From positions 20,720,464 through 20,784,463 of the forward strand of contig NC_043011.1 in assembly GCF_006345805.1 (NCBI RefSeq): a DNA stretch of 64,000 nt. Direction: 5' to 3'. Under the pieces are notes generated by a model. That model saw only the letters and a list, made by a program, of their open reading frames with translations. It did not search any database and was not told the origin of the DNA. Made by a program: the position numbers and the translations under genes. Shown piece after piece: positions 52,076 through 64,000 of the stretch; the first letter of the stretch is position 1, and each line of letters opens with the position of its first letter. Source of the DNA: Octopus sinensis. Lineage: Eukaryota.

Positions 52076-52449
52076 GTCTCCACTATCCTGTTTTTGTTAC
52101 CAACTTTGATCCTCCGCAAATCCCAGATTTTATATTTAGTTCGCGGGAGCAACTGCCTTTCGAAGCCTCATATTGTCGTTAAATGCTTGAAATGAGGAGT
52201 AGATGGACAGCTGACAACTGATGAAAGGTCGTTCTTTATGTTGCTTGTCTTGTTTTCCATTTGTTTCTCTTGTTGTTTGCATACCTAAGTTTGTCTTCGT
52301 ATTTCATGTTTTTGCATTCCATGTTGTTTACATTTTGTGACGTCCAGTACCCATATATGCATATATATATATGTATGTATATATGTATGTACATATATGT
52401 ATGTCTGTATGCATATATATATTTTATTTATATTGTGTGTGTGTGTGTG

Positions 52450-52830
52450 GAGGCACAATAGCCTAGTGGTTAGGGCAATGGACACACAGTCATAGGTTCA
52501 CAGTTTTGATTCCCAGACCGGGCGCTGTGAATGTTTATTGAGTGAAAACACCTAAAAGCTCCACGAGGCTCTGGCAGGTGGTGGTGGGGAATCCTGCTGT
52601 ACTCTTTCACCACAACTTTCTCTCACTCTTTCTTCCTGTTTCTGTTGTACCTGTATTTCAAAGGGGCCAGCCTTGTCACACTCTGTGTCACGCTGAATCT
52701 CCCCGAGAACTATGTTAAGGGTACACGTGTCTGTGGAGTGCTCAGCCACTTGCATGTTAATTTCATGAGCTGGCTATTCCGTTGATTGGATCAAGTGGAA
52801 CCCTCGTCGTCATAACTGACAGAGTGCCAT
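52450..52830 (+). mobile_element. Third tRNA-derived SINE family; related pieces at ~2690-2885(-), 5245-5330(-), 19005-19250(-), 36050-36376(-)
   Basis: tagcctagtggttag A box, gattcccagaccggg B-box region, body shared with the other copies. Confidence 0.7.
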
Positions 52831-53015
52831 AGTAATATATACATATATATAATTATATATATAATTATATATATAATTATATATATATAATTATATTTAA
52901 CAGAGGAAAATATTTTTTTCCCAAAGTATATATAGATTGCACTTTGAAGTGCTCAAGAGATTCGAACTTGAGGCGTTAGACGAATAAAGAAATGAGAATC
53001 AAAATTAGGTAAATC

Positions 53016-53022
53016 AATAATA

Positions 53023-53113
<91 letters not shown>
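53016..53113. repeat. (TAA)n microsatellite; other long tracts: (TAG)n 46704-46760, (TA)n 32514-32590, (TA)/(TATG)n 5834-5926
   Basis: Direct reading. Confidence 0.95.
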
Positions 53114-53114
<1 letters not shown>

Positions 53115-53585
53115 TAGCTGGACCCGTGAAAACTTCATGGAAAACAAAAAATGCAAGCAACTGTAAATTGTGTACTGGTCCCATGAGAACAGTTTCTATA
53201 TTGTGATAGTTACAGAATATAGAAAGAAGTGTAAAACTGATAACTATATAATCCAACCAAAATATCTGTTATGCAAACGTAAATAGAATTACTATTTAGC
53301 CATAAAATACATTGTACATATCCCAAGAATTTTCTTGGTTTAGTGGTACAGAATGTTCTTCTGGTATTCTTTTTTTCTTTCGCTTGTCTCAGTCATTTGA
53401 TGGTGGCCATGCTGGGGCACTGCCCTTTAGTCGAAGAAATCAACCCCTGGACTTATTCCCTGTAAGCCTGGTGCTTATTCTATCAGCCTCTTCTGGCAAA
53501 CAGCTAAGTTACGGGGTTGCAAACACACCAACATCAGTTGTCAAACAATGATGGTGGGGGGGGGGGGAAAACACAGACACACACA

Positions 53586-53623
<38 letters not shown>

Positions 53624-53783
53624 TTTTCTAGATGGTGTAATTTAATTATTCATTTTGAATTGATAAAAGGTGGGGTTTTTTCTAATATTTTTTATATATT
53701 TATTATATTGTGTGGAATTTGATTTAGTATTTCTAAATTGAATTCTTTTTCCTTGTAAGTTTGGATTTTATTCCCTCAAATAA

Positions 53784-53819
<36 letters not shown>

Positions 53820-54552
53820 GCTTCTTTCAATTTCCATCAACCAAATTCACTCACGAGGCTTTGGTCAGCCCAAGACTATAGTAGAAAACACTCTTTAAAG
53901 TATGGAGTTGAATTTTGTGTAGCCACCTGTTGGCAACTTTGCTTGCCCACCCATTTTGTCAGGGGTATTACCCACTTTTCCTTGACTCTTTCCACAGCTA
54001 TACCCCGTTTGAAATTTGCATTAGTTTTTGTATGATTACAACAAAAAAAATATCTGGATGTTCATGGCTGGAAAGTCTTTGCTCATAGGTCTATAGATCT
54101 GTTCCTTTACACATTTTGCTTAAGTAATTACAGAAAGAAGACAATAAAAATTTCAAATGAAAAACAAAAATAGCTTCAAAACCTTCAATCCTTTAGCATT
54201 TAAACCCAAATGCTCTACCTGTTTTATGCTCGGATTGGCCAGATCCAGCCTCTCATACCTATCCTACAATATCATTCTAAAACTAAACAATCACATCATC
54301 AAAATCTTGCAGCTACAAGATAATGCATGGTCAATTCAAAACAACATTAATTAATCTGCATTATATCTAACAGAATCCAATTGTTCAATTCTGTTTACTC
54401 TTGCTCTAAATCTTGAAAGCTCTAAATCTCGAAAAATTCCATCTCTTCGTGTTTTGTTTTTGACCAACCTTAACTCTGAACACACTCTCTCTCTCCCCCT
54501 CTATCTCTCTCCCTCTGTTTCATTAACCATTTGCTTTTCCCATGTCAGCTGT

Positions 54553-56618
54553 TGATTAGTAGCAATCAAGAGTATGAAGTCAGGGAAAGCCTCCAGCTCA
54601 TCAGGAATCACTTCAGAGATGCTTAAGATATCTGGCAGTATAGGTTATAGTTTACTCACCCATATAGTCAACCAGGTGATATATGAAGGAGTCATACCCA
54701 ATGATCGGTGTAGCAGCACCATAGTCAACTGCTACAAAGATAAAGGTGACTCATTAGATAGGAATAATTACAGAGGTATCAAATTGTTGGATCAGGTAAT
54801 GAAAATCACGGAGAGGGTCATAGCACAACTAATTAGGGAGAGAGTTAGTTTAGATGAGATGCAGTTTGGGTTTATGTCAGGGAGTAACACCAGTGATGCT
54901 ATATTTCTGGTAAGGCAGCTGAAGGAGAAATTCCTAACCAAAGATAAACTTCTGTACTTGGCCTTCGTTGACATGGAGAAAGCCTTTGACATGATCCCCT
55001 GATCCTTTATTTGGTGGTCAATGCGAAAACTAGGGATAGATGAGTGGTTGGTGAGAGCTGTACAAGCCATGTACAGGGATGCTGTCAGTAAGGTGAGGGT
55101 TGGCAACGAATATAGTGAAGAATTCCGGGTAGAAGTAGGGGTCCACCAAGGATCAGTCCTCAGCCCCCTCTTATTCATCATAGTCCTCCAGGCTATAACA
55201 GAGGAATTCAAGAAAGGCTGCCCCTGGGAGTTCCTCTATGCTGATGACCTTGCTTTAATGGCTAAGTCACTATCAGAACTTGAGAAGTTTCAGGTGTAGA
55301 AACAAGATCTAGAATCAAAGGGCCTTAGAGTCAATCTAGAGAAAACCAAAGTCTTAGTAAGTAGGAAGGCAGACAAATCACAAATCCCTTCAGATAGACG
55401 GCCCTGCTCAATCTGTAGAAAAGGTGTAGGAAGAAACTCCATAAGATGTACCCAGTGTAAGCTATGGACACATAAGATGTGCAGCAATATCAAAGGAAGA
55501 TTAACCGGGAAGATTAGTTTTTGTGTGTGGCAGATGCACAGGGGCAAAAAACACAGAAGGTGTACAGAAAACAAATTTCATCACATGCCAGGGGAAAAAA
55601 CTAGTAGTTGATTGCTTTCGTTACCTAGTTGACCAAGTCAGTAGCAGAGATGTATGCTCTAAGAGTGTAGCTGTTAGAATAAGAATAGCCTAGGCAAAGT
55701 TCAGAGAGCTCCTACTTCTGCTGGTAACAAAGGGCCTCTCGCTCAGAGTGAAAGGTAGACTGTATGATGCATGTATGCAAACAGCCATGCTACATGGCAG
55801 TGAAACATGGTCTGTGACTGCTGAGAAAGAAATGAAGCTAGTATGCTCTGCTGGATATGTAATGTCAGTGTGCATACACAAGAAAGTGTAAGTGCCCTGA
55901 GAGAAAAGTTGGACATAAGAAGCATCAGATGTAGTGTGCAAGAGAGACAACTGCGCTGGTATGGTCATGTGTTGTGCATGGATGAGGACAGGTGTGTGAA
56001 GTGTCACAACCTAACAGTGGAGGGAACATGTGGAAGGGGCAGACCCAGGAAGACCTGGGATGAGATGGTGAAGTGAGACCTTTGAACGCTGGGCCACACA
56101 GTGGCAATGACAAGCGACTGAGACCTTTGGTGATATGCTGCCCTTGAGAAGACCTGACAAGCCAAGTGATATTGTAGCCGCAGCCAATGCCAGTGTCGCA
56201 TAACCAGCCCGTTTAAAAGTACCTTTCAATCGACAGGAAATATGCTGTGCTTGAGAAGACTTGTTGAGTCAAGTGAGATCATTGTCATGGCCAATGCCAG
56301 TGCCACCTGACTGGCACCCATGCCAGTGGCAAGTAAAAAGCACCATTCGAGTGTGGCTGATGCCAGTGCCTGTGGCATGTAAAAAGCACCATTCGAGCGT
56401 GATTGATACCAGTGCCGCCAAACTGGCCCCCATGCCGGTGGCATGTAAAAAGCACCCACTACACTCTCAGAGTGGTTGACATTAGGAAGGGCATCCAGCT
56501 GTAGAAACTCTGCCAGATCAGATTGGAGCTTGGTGCAGCCTCCTGACGTGCCAGTCCTCAGTCAAACCGTTCAACCCATGCTAGCATGGAAAGTGGACAC
56601 TAAACAATGATGATGATG
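54553..56618 (+). mobile_element. RTE-clade LINE fragment with RT domain, decayed
   Basis: NYRGIKLL, QFGF, LAFVDMEKAFD, GVHQGSVLSPLLF, FLYADDLAL, RWYGHV; stops and frameshifts; (GAT)n tail. Confidence 0.92.
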
Positions 56619-57387
56619 AGGAGGAGGAGGGGCGGAGGAGGAGGATATATTTAACTGAATAATCTGAATTCAGAAAGGGTTGCTGTAACCAGCAGATAAA
56701 CAAAAAATTGCTCAAACTTGCTTGTTAAAAGAAGTGGGCAGGATGCTAGATAAAACAGAGGTGTACAGAGAGTTTGGTATTGACAAAGACACCTTCAACC
56801 TATAAAGAGAGACTCTACGTGGTTTGCTTGACCTGCCCCAAATAATAAGTCACGTCTATCTTAACTCTTATTGTAAAGTGTAAAGAGTTAAAAAAAATAA
56901 TAATATGGAATTGTTATGACCTGGAATTGTCAAGCATAACGAACTGAAACATGAGATAAGACATTCTAGATATACCCACTTTTTTTTTGAATGTATGTAA
57001 AAAAAGAAAAAGAAAAAGAAAGAACAAACATCTGAAATACAATCTGTTTATGTGTTTTCTTTTATTTGTCATACAGATCATATATTTCTCTACTCCACTG
57101 AACACAATATGAAAGCCCACGGAGTTACAAGGTAAATTTCTGATTAGCAATGTTTTACATCAGGTAACTAATTTTTCACTAAATAGTGTTTTGTTATGTC
57201 CATGTCTATTAATCATATCTTTCAGGCATTTCTGTTAAAGGATTATAGCCTTGGTGGGACATCATTTTCCTGCATTATATTGATGAAATTAACGCCCTCA
57301 GTACTCATCGTTTCAATTTGGGGCTTATTTTCATTCATCTCTCTTTATCACAATTTTATTTCATTTCATTTGCCACAAGGGCATTTT

Positions 57388-57438
57388 AAAAAATATGGAA
57401 TGCTTCACGAATTTGCGTGTTATCCTTGCACAGGGGCC

Positions 57439-57471
<33 letters not shown>

Positions 57472-57485
57472 AATATGTACCGCCG
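57388..57485 (-). pseudogene. U6: U6 snRNA pseudogene, 5'-truncated
   Basis: Reverse complement cggcggtacatattctaaaattggaacgatACAGAGAagattagcatggcccctgtgcaaggataacacgcaaattcgtgaagcattccatattttt matches U6; first ~10 nt missing; several substitutions, two at CpG sites. Confidence 0.92.
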
Positions 57486-58431
57486 TATTACTATGCTACA
57501 GGACATAAGAACAATAACATAGACTACACTGGTCTTCGGACTGTAAATATAAATACATACAGACACACACAGACATATGTAGGTATGTGTGTGTGTATGT
57601 GTGCATCAGTATATTACTCTTTACTCTTTTTACTCTTTTACTTGTTTCAGTCATTTGACTGCGGCCATGCTGGAGCACCGCCTTTAATCAAGCAACTCGA
57701 CCCCGGGACTTATTCTTTTTGTAAGCCCAGTACTTATTCTATCGGTCTCTTTTTGCCGAACTGCTAAGTAGCGGGGACATAAACACACCAGCATCGGTTG
57801 TCAAGCAATGCTAGGGGGACAAACACAGACACACAAACACACACACGCATATATATATATATACATATATACGACGGGCTTCTTTCAGTTTCCGTCTACC
57901 AAATCCACTCACAAGGCTTTGGTCGGCCCGAGGCTATAGTAGAAGACACTTGCCCAAGGTGCCATGCAGTGGGACTGAACCCAGAACCATGTGGTTGGTA
58001 AACAAGCCACTTGCCACACAGCCACTCCTAACATATATATATTAGAAGAAATGAGGTACTCAGAAATTCGGATGGTTTTATATTTACAGATATTTATTTG
58101 TATATTACATGTTTTTATACATCATATAACTTATATCATATATTAGCGCTTTCATCCATTCTGGTGGATTTTTCAAATGGAACAGTTCCATTTGAAAAAT
58201 CCACCAGAATGGACGAAAGCGCTAATATATGATATATGATATAAGTTATGTGATGTATAAAAACATGTAATATACAAATAAATATCTGTAAATACAAAAC
58301 CATCCGAATTTCTGAGTACCTTATTTCTTCTAATATGAAATACCTGTACATCATCTCCAAACTTTCTAATATATATATATATATATATACATACAAACAT
58401 ACATACATACATACATACATACATACATACA

Positions 58432-58462
<31 letters not shown>

Positions 58463-58855
58463 GCCAGCTAAACTTGTTGTACTGTTTATTTGTCGTTAGA
58501 CACCCGCTGTTTTTGTCCTGTTTTTACCATTATTGTTTTTTGTATTTTATATTCGTGTGGCATCGTCCATTTTTCTGTCCCTGTTTCGTATACATTTGAT
58601 CCTTCTTCCAAGAAATTTAATGCTTGTAGCTTAGTTTTTCCTTGGGGCTGGCCGGATCGGAGCGATCTCAAGATTAATCAGCCGAAATTACTAGGATGAT
58701 CCAGTTCTTGACTGAAGATTGAAGGCTTCGAATGTCCCGTCTGTGTTTTTCTAACGTCTTCTAAATGTTTTACGCTCTTGTCCCAGTTTGTATTTTTCTA
58801 CATATAATACACACATATATACATATGTCTATACACACACACACACGTGCACATG

Positions 58856-58897
<42 letters not shown>

Positions 58898-59034
58898 TAT
58901 CAGAAATAGATAATAAATACTGTTATGTATTTTTACCCCTAACTTGGAACTAATGAAACAGACCTTAGATTTAACTCCAAGTTAGGGGTAAAAATACATA
59001 ATTGTATTTATTATCTATTTCTGATATATATATA

Positions 59035-59880
59035 TCAGGTCATCTCATAAGTTCTGTGCAAATTTTGAAAAAAAAATACAAGTGATCAAATGTTATATTT
59101 AATTGAAATTTAATCATCAATGTACTTTCCCTGATTATCTATGACTTCCTTCCATCTATTTACAAGCTTTTTAATCCCATCAACGTAAAATTCTTTTGTT
59201 GGTTTCAAAGCGAAGAACTCTGAAATGTCAGTTTCAACCTCCTCCTGGCTTGCGAAAGTTATGTCCTCCAAATGATTCTATAAACTACGAAACAAATGGT
59301 AGTCTGAAGGAGCAAGGTCGGGAGAATAAGGGGGATGAAGAAATTTTTCCCAATCGACCTCTTCGATCTTCTGTTATGTGATCTTTGCAGTGTGGAGTCA
59401 TTCATTGTCCTGATGAAACGGGCACTCCTTTTTGATTCACTAAAGCTGATCTTTTTTCTTCAAAGCTTGGTTCAAACACTCTAATTGCTAACAGAAGTCT
59501 TGAGCATTAATTGTTGCATTAGGTGGTAACAATTCAAAGTGAATTACTCCTTTGCAATCCCACCAGATAGAGAGAAGAGCCTTTTTCCCATGAAGTTCCC
59601 TTCTCGGTTGTGGTTGAGCTTTTCCTTTTTACCAAGTCACTGTTTACAACGTTTAACATTTCGATAGAAGATCCATTTTTCGTCACCAGTCACGGCTGCA
59701 GAGTTTCCTTTTTTGTACTCATAAAGCATTATGTGCCTTAAATGCTTTTTGGCTATTTCCATGTTAGAAAGGGCTTTAATCAAAGAAATTTTAATTCTAT
59801 TATTCTGTAAAATAATATTTAATTAGTTTAAATGTACACAAATGCATAAAAATAATTTTTAATTCCATTAGACATTCTAA
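59035..59880 (-). mobile_element. Internally deleted mariner relic
   Basis: Reads MEIAKKHLRHIMLYEYKKGNSAA joined to VTGDEKWIFYRN...WWDCKGVIHFELL...GIKKLVNRWKEVIDNQGKY; one TIR (tcaggtcatctcataagttc) after TA; second TIR not found. Confidence 0.85.
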
Positions 59881-61099
59881 CACACTATTAAATTTCATTC
59901 AATTTTAAAACAGGTAAAGTATGAGTTAGAAGTTAAGCAGCCATCTAAGGGATAGTAAATATTCAATATACTACTGGATTTATATCTACGCATTTATACC
60001 CAAGTGCTTATTATTGCAGGACAATATCGCAATTGAATACTAGGTATGGGTGAGGGTAAACTGAAAATTTACCCAGGATTTTTAAGGCAAATAAGAAAAT
60101 GAAGAAGATAAACTATCAACAAACATCAGCCTGTAAACATTCAATTATATCTAATTTATTAATTGATTACAATCATGTGTATAGATAGATAGATAAATAA
60201 AAATAAAAATCTATTTATTTGCTTATTTCATTCGTTCATTTCAATCACTGTTCTTTCACCTTACAAATGGCAAACAATGATTGTAATTAATTAATAAATA
60301 GATATAATTGAATGTCTACAGGCTGATGTTTGTCGATTGTTTATCCTCTCCATTTTCTTATTTGCCTTGTGCGTGTGTATGTGTGTGTGTGCGTGTGTTT
60401 GTGTATAGTGGCTTTATGTAGGCATAGCATGGATTCGATCCTTGATTGCCAAATTTCACTTAACAGCACTTTTATCATGGTAAAACAATAGTTTTTCTGT
60501 GAGTGACAGCAGTTATACATTTACCAAATGCTTTTGCTAAGCAGAATAATGTCTTCGTCACTTGACCCTTCAAACTTCTTCTAGGCCACCAAAAGATAGA
60601 ATAGAGATAACAGGTACTACCAACGAAATCTATTGTTCTCAACAATATGTCAAGCCTTCTGACTGGTTTTGGATAGTAATAAATACTAGAATTTGGTAAG
60701 GCAAAAATCAGTTAGAGAGGGCACAGTTAGTGAACGGACAACTAGAGTCACGGCCACAAGCAGGAGGCCACTAAAGACAAATGGCCAGAGGGAAAAAGAA
60801 AGTTACAATCAGCGACTATGAAACACAACTTCCCTTGGCTCTCTCACTCTCACGAGCTCGCTTTCTTTTCTCCATCATTATCTGTAGGTTACTACTACAC
60901 AATGACGAGAACACAAACACCAACTATGCAAGAAGTTAACTTCATTTATCTCACATGCCCTTCCACTTATGTCATATAACACACCTGCCTGTTGAGGCAT
61001 GGAATTATATTAAGTAACAGTAAATAAATATTTCTTTACAACTTCAATCACTGTTCTTTCACCTTACAAATGGCAAACAAAATATAACATTGCCATTAC

Positions 61100-62277
61100 A
61101 TCATCATCATCATCATCATCATCATCATAATCATCATTTAACATCCACTTTGCATGCTGGCATGGGTTGGACAGTTTGACTGAGGACTGGTGAACCAGAT
61201 GTCTGCACCAGGCTCCAATCTGATCTAGCAGTGATCACACTTGGATGGTGCTCTTAACGTTCAACTAGCATGGATGCCAGTCAGGCGGTACCGTCATCGA
61301 CCATGTCAGCGAATTTCATTTCGATTTCACTTGACTCAACAGGTCTTCGCAAGCAGAATTTAGTGTCCTATGAAAGAAAGGTACGCATAAGTAGGCTAGT
61401 TACACCACTGGAATAGGCCATGGGTTATGGTCTCACTTAGCTTGCCAGGTCTTCTCAAGCACAGCATATTTCCAAAGGTCTAGGTCACTTGTCATTGCCT
61501 TGGTGAGGCCCAATGTTCAAAGGTAGTGCTTCACCACCTCATCCCAGATCTTCCTGGGTCTACCTCTTCCACAGGTTCCCTCAAATGCAACACCACATGA
61601 CCATACCAGCACAGTCGTCTTTCTTGCACACCACATCTGATGCTTCTTAGGTCTAACTTTTCTCTCAAGGCACTTACACTCTGTCATGTATGCTCGCTGT
61701 ATGCTCACATCCAGCGGAGCATACTGGCTTCATTCTTTACAAGCTTACGCATGTCCTCAGCAGTCACAGCCCATGTTTCACTGCCATGTAGCATGGCTTT
61801 TCATTCATATGCATACATCATACAGTCTACCTTTTACTCTGAGCAAGAAGCTCTTTGTTACCAGCAGAGGTAAGAGCTCTCTGAACTTTGCCCAGACTAT
61901 TCTTATTCTAGCAGTTACACTTTCAGAGCATCCACCCCCACGACTGACTTGGTCCCCTAGGTAATGGAAGCTATCAACTACTTCTAGTTTTTCTCCCTGG
62001 AATGTGACAGAAGTTGTTCTCTGCACATTTTCAGTGTTTATTGCTCTTGAGTGTCTGCTACATACAAAAGCTATCTTCCTAGTTAGCCTTCCTGTGATAT
62101 TGCTGCACCTCTTATGTGTCCATAGCTTATACTGGGTACATCTTATAGCGTTTCCACCAACGCCTTTTCTACAGAGCAAGCAGGGCCATCTACCTGAAGG
62201 GATTTGTGGTTTGTCTGCCTTCCTACTCGTTAAGACCTTGGTTTTAGCTTGGTTGACTCTATGGCCCTTCATTTCTA

Positions 62278-62278
<1 letters not shown>
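61100..62278 (-). mobile_element. RTE-clade LINE 3' fragment
   Basis: VNQAKTKVL...C..C...YLGDQVSRGGGCSESVTARIRIVWAKFRELLPLL; (CAT)n tail at 61100. Confidence 0.9.
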
Positions 62279-62368
<90 letters not shown>

Positions 62369-62569
62369 TATTAGAATTGAAGGGCCATAGAGTCAACCAA
62401 GCTATATATATATATATGTATATACATATATATATGTGTGTATATATATATATATATACAGACATATAGGTAGGTAGGTATGTAGGTAGGTAGGTAGGCA
62501 GGTAGGTAAGTAGGTAGGTAGGCAGGCAGGCAAGCAGGCAGGTAGGTAGATAGGTAGATAGATAGATAA

Positions 62570-63580
62570 CTTCCTTTATTGGCCAAACAGAGCTTTTCTT
62601 TTCAAAAATGAAAAAAAGCAGGAAAATAAGAAAAAAAGTAAAATTCCAATCAAAAGGGATCCTGTATCACAGAAGAATTTTAAAAATGTAAAAAGTAAGA
62701 TTAGGTTTATCCATAGAAAGAAAAGCCTATGGAAAAGACCACAGTAACCTCAGGTAGGGAGGGAATAAACACATGAGAGCAAAGTGCTCTCTCTCTTTTT
62801 TCGATTTACAGGATCAGGCTCAAAGTGGTTTCCTCACTCGCACGCACCATCTTTGCAACATTCACCCACTTTTTTTTTAAACTATCACGAGACAAAACCT
62901 GCCTCTCCATCCTCACCTTCCTTTTCAAGTGGTACTTGAAAAGTTGATGAGCGATTGGCCAGATAGGTGTTTGTCTCTAATCCTTTCACTCAAGTCCACC
63001 ACATACATTCTTTCACCATGGCCACCAATACGATGAAGACTGCCTTGCCTTCCCAGTTGCAGGAAGGTGGCAGAGCAATTGTCACGATAGACTCAGCTGA
63101 CAGGCGGACTCATCCCACACATGACAGCAGCCATTCAGCATAAGCCCACAGGTCTGAAATGGTTGGACACTGCACAAGTGCATGCAGAACGGTTTTGTCG
63201 CTCTGACTGCATCTCGGGCAAGTCGGTGTGGTGTGTCTCAAACCATGCCTGTGGAGCTTATCCTGAATGGGTAATGCTTCTTGATAGTAATGCCAGGCCA
63301 GGGATCTTTGGAGATTGTCCATAGGTCCCGGCCCAAATGTTGTCCTGAACAGGCAAGTCAGGTGTTCCTCGTTGAAGCCCAGATTCTGCCTGAGAACATC
63401 ATCGCACCTCCCCTCCACTAATCCTCTATAGAACGCCTTTGTTATAATGAAGTCGCATGAGTTTGATCCCGGATGGCAGTCTTCACATTGGACATCACTT
63501 GACATGATTTTTTTAGGTGGGGAGTGATGGCAATGAGTGCTTCCATTGACTTGATAGCTGCTTTGTTTCCAGGTCATAGC
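62570..63580 (-). mobile_element. L1/Tx1-like LINE ORF2 C-terminal fragment
   Basis: RSLAW....ALPIQDKL...CPRC......HALVQC (zf-RVT-type CCHC); AATAAA near 62575-62580 then (CTAT)/(CTAC)n. Confidence 0.75.
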
Positions 63581-64000
63581 TTGGGACCTGTGTGTCGCAG
63601 GAGTTGCCAGAGTGAGGTTGAGTACAACTTCAAACTCTCTTCAAGACTCCACCTCCAGATTTCTCCTCAGGGTTTCCTCCCCAAGCCATGATTGGTTTCG
63701 TCACAAGGCAGTGGGGTTTGGAGTCAGAGTTTTCCTTCTCTTAGATGGGTTGCCTTCCGGGGATAACGGGTCCCATCTACCTGAAGCACTGGTTTTGGGG
63801 CACCAGTAACTTGCCCTTGCCACTTCTCTTGTCAGTAGTAACAGCTCCTGGCCCAGGTGATAGGCCACACAAGAAGGTCAGGAGTTGGACTTGGCTGTCA
63901 GAGACTCTTTGAGATTATGTGTCCTCCTCAACTGCTCCGCATCCTTGAAGTTTTGCATTTGTACATGGAGACCACAATACAATTCAACGGAAACACCTCA

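Noticed and set aside
58670-58740. GAAA and CTGAAGA motifs suggesting a type II hammerhead (also at 20555-20600)
   Set aside because: Could not form stem II adjacent to the core in any topology

Overview
AT-rich, repeat-dense eukaryotic DNA, most likely from an octopus (inferred from the SINE families, (CAT)n-tailed RTE LINEs and dense (TA)n/(TACA)n microsatellites). Only one host protein-coding gene is supported: a 3-exon COX7C (cytochrome c oxidase subunit 7C), which the ORF track misses because it is spliced. The rest is mobile DNA: a 5'-truncated Penelope-like element (PLE, RT + GIY-YIG) and a decayed second copy, RTE/CR1/CRE/Tx1-like LINE fragments, two mariner relics, hAT/Tc1/Merlin-like MITEs, Helitron-like elements, three or four SINE families, a U6 snRNA pseudogene and a SINE-bounded 1.8-kb tandem duplication. 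The most striking unannotated layer is about ten hammerhead ribozyme (HHR) motifs from several unrelated PLE-type termini. Some have a complete catalytic core, some are paired in short fold-back palindromes sitting in microsatellites, three share a CUGUNGA core variant, and one decayed motif is fused behind a tRNA-derived Pol III head. All calls were read by eye with no database search, so repeat boundaries are approximate.
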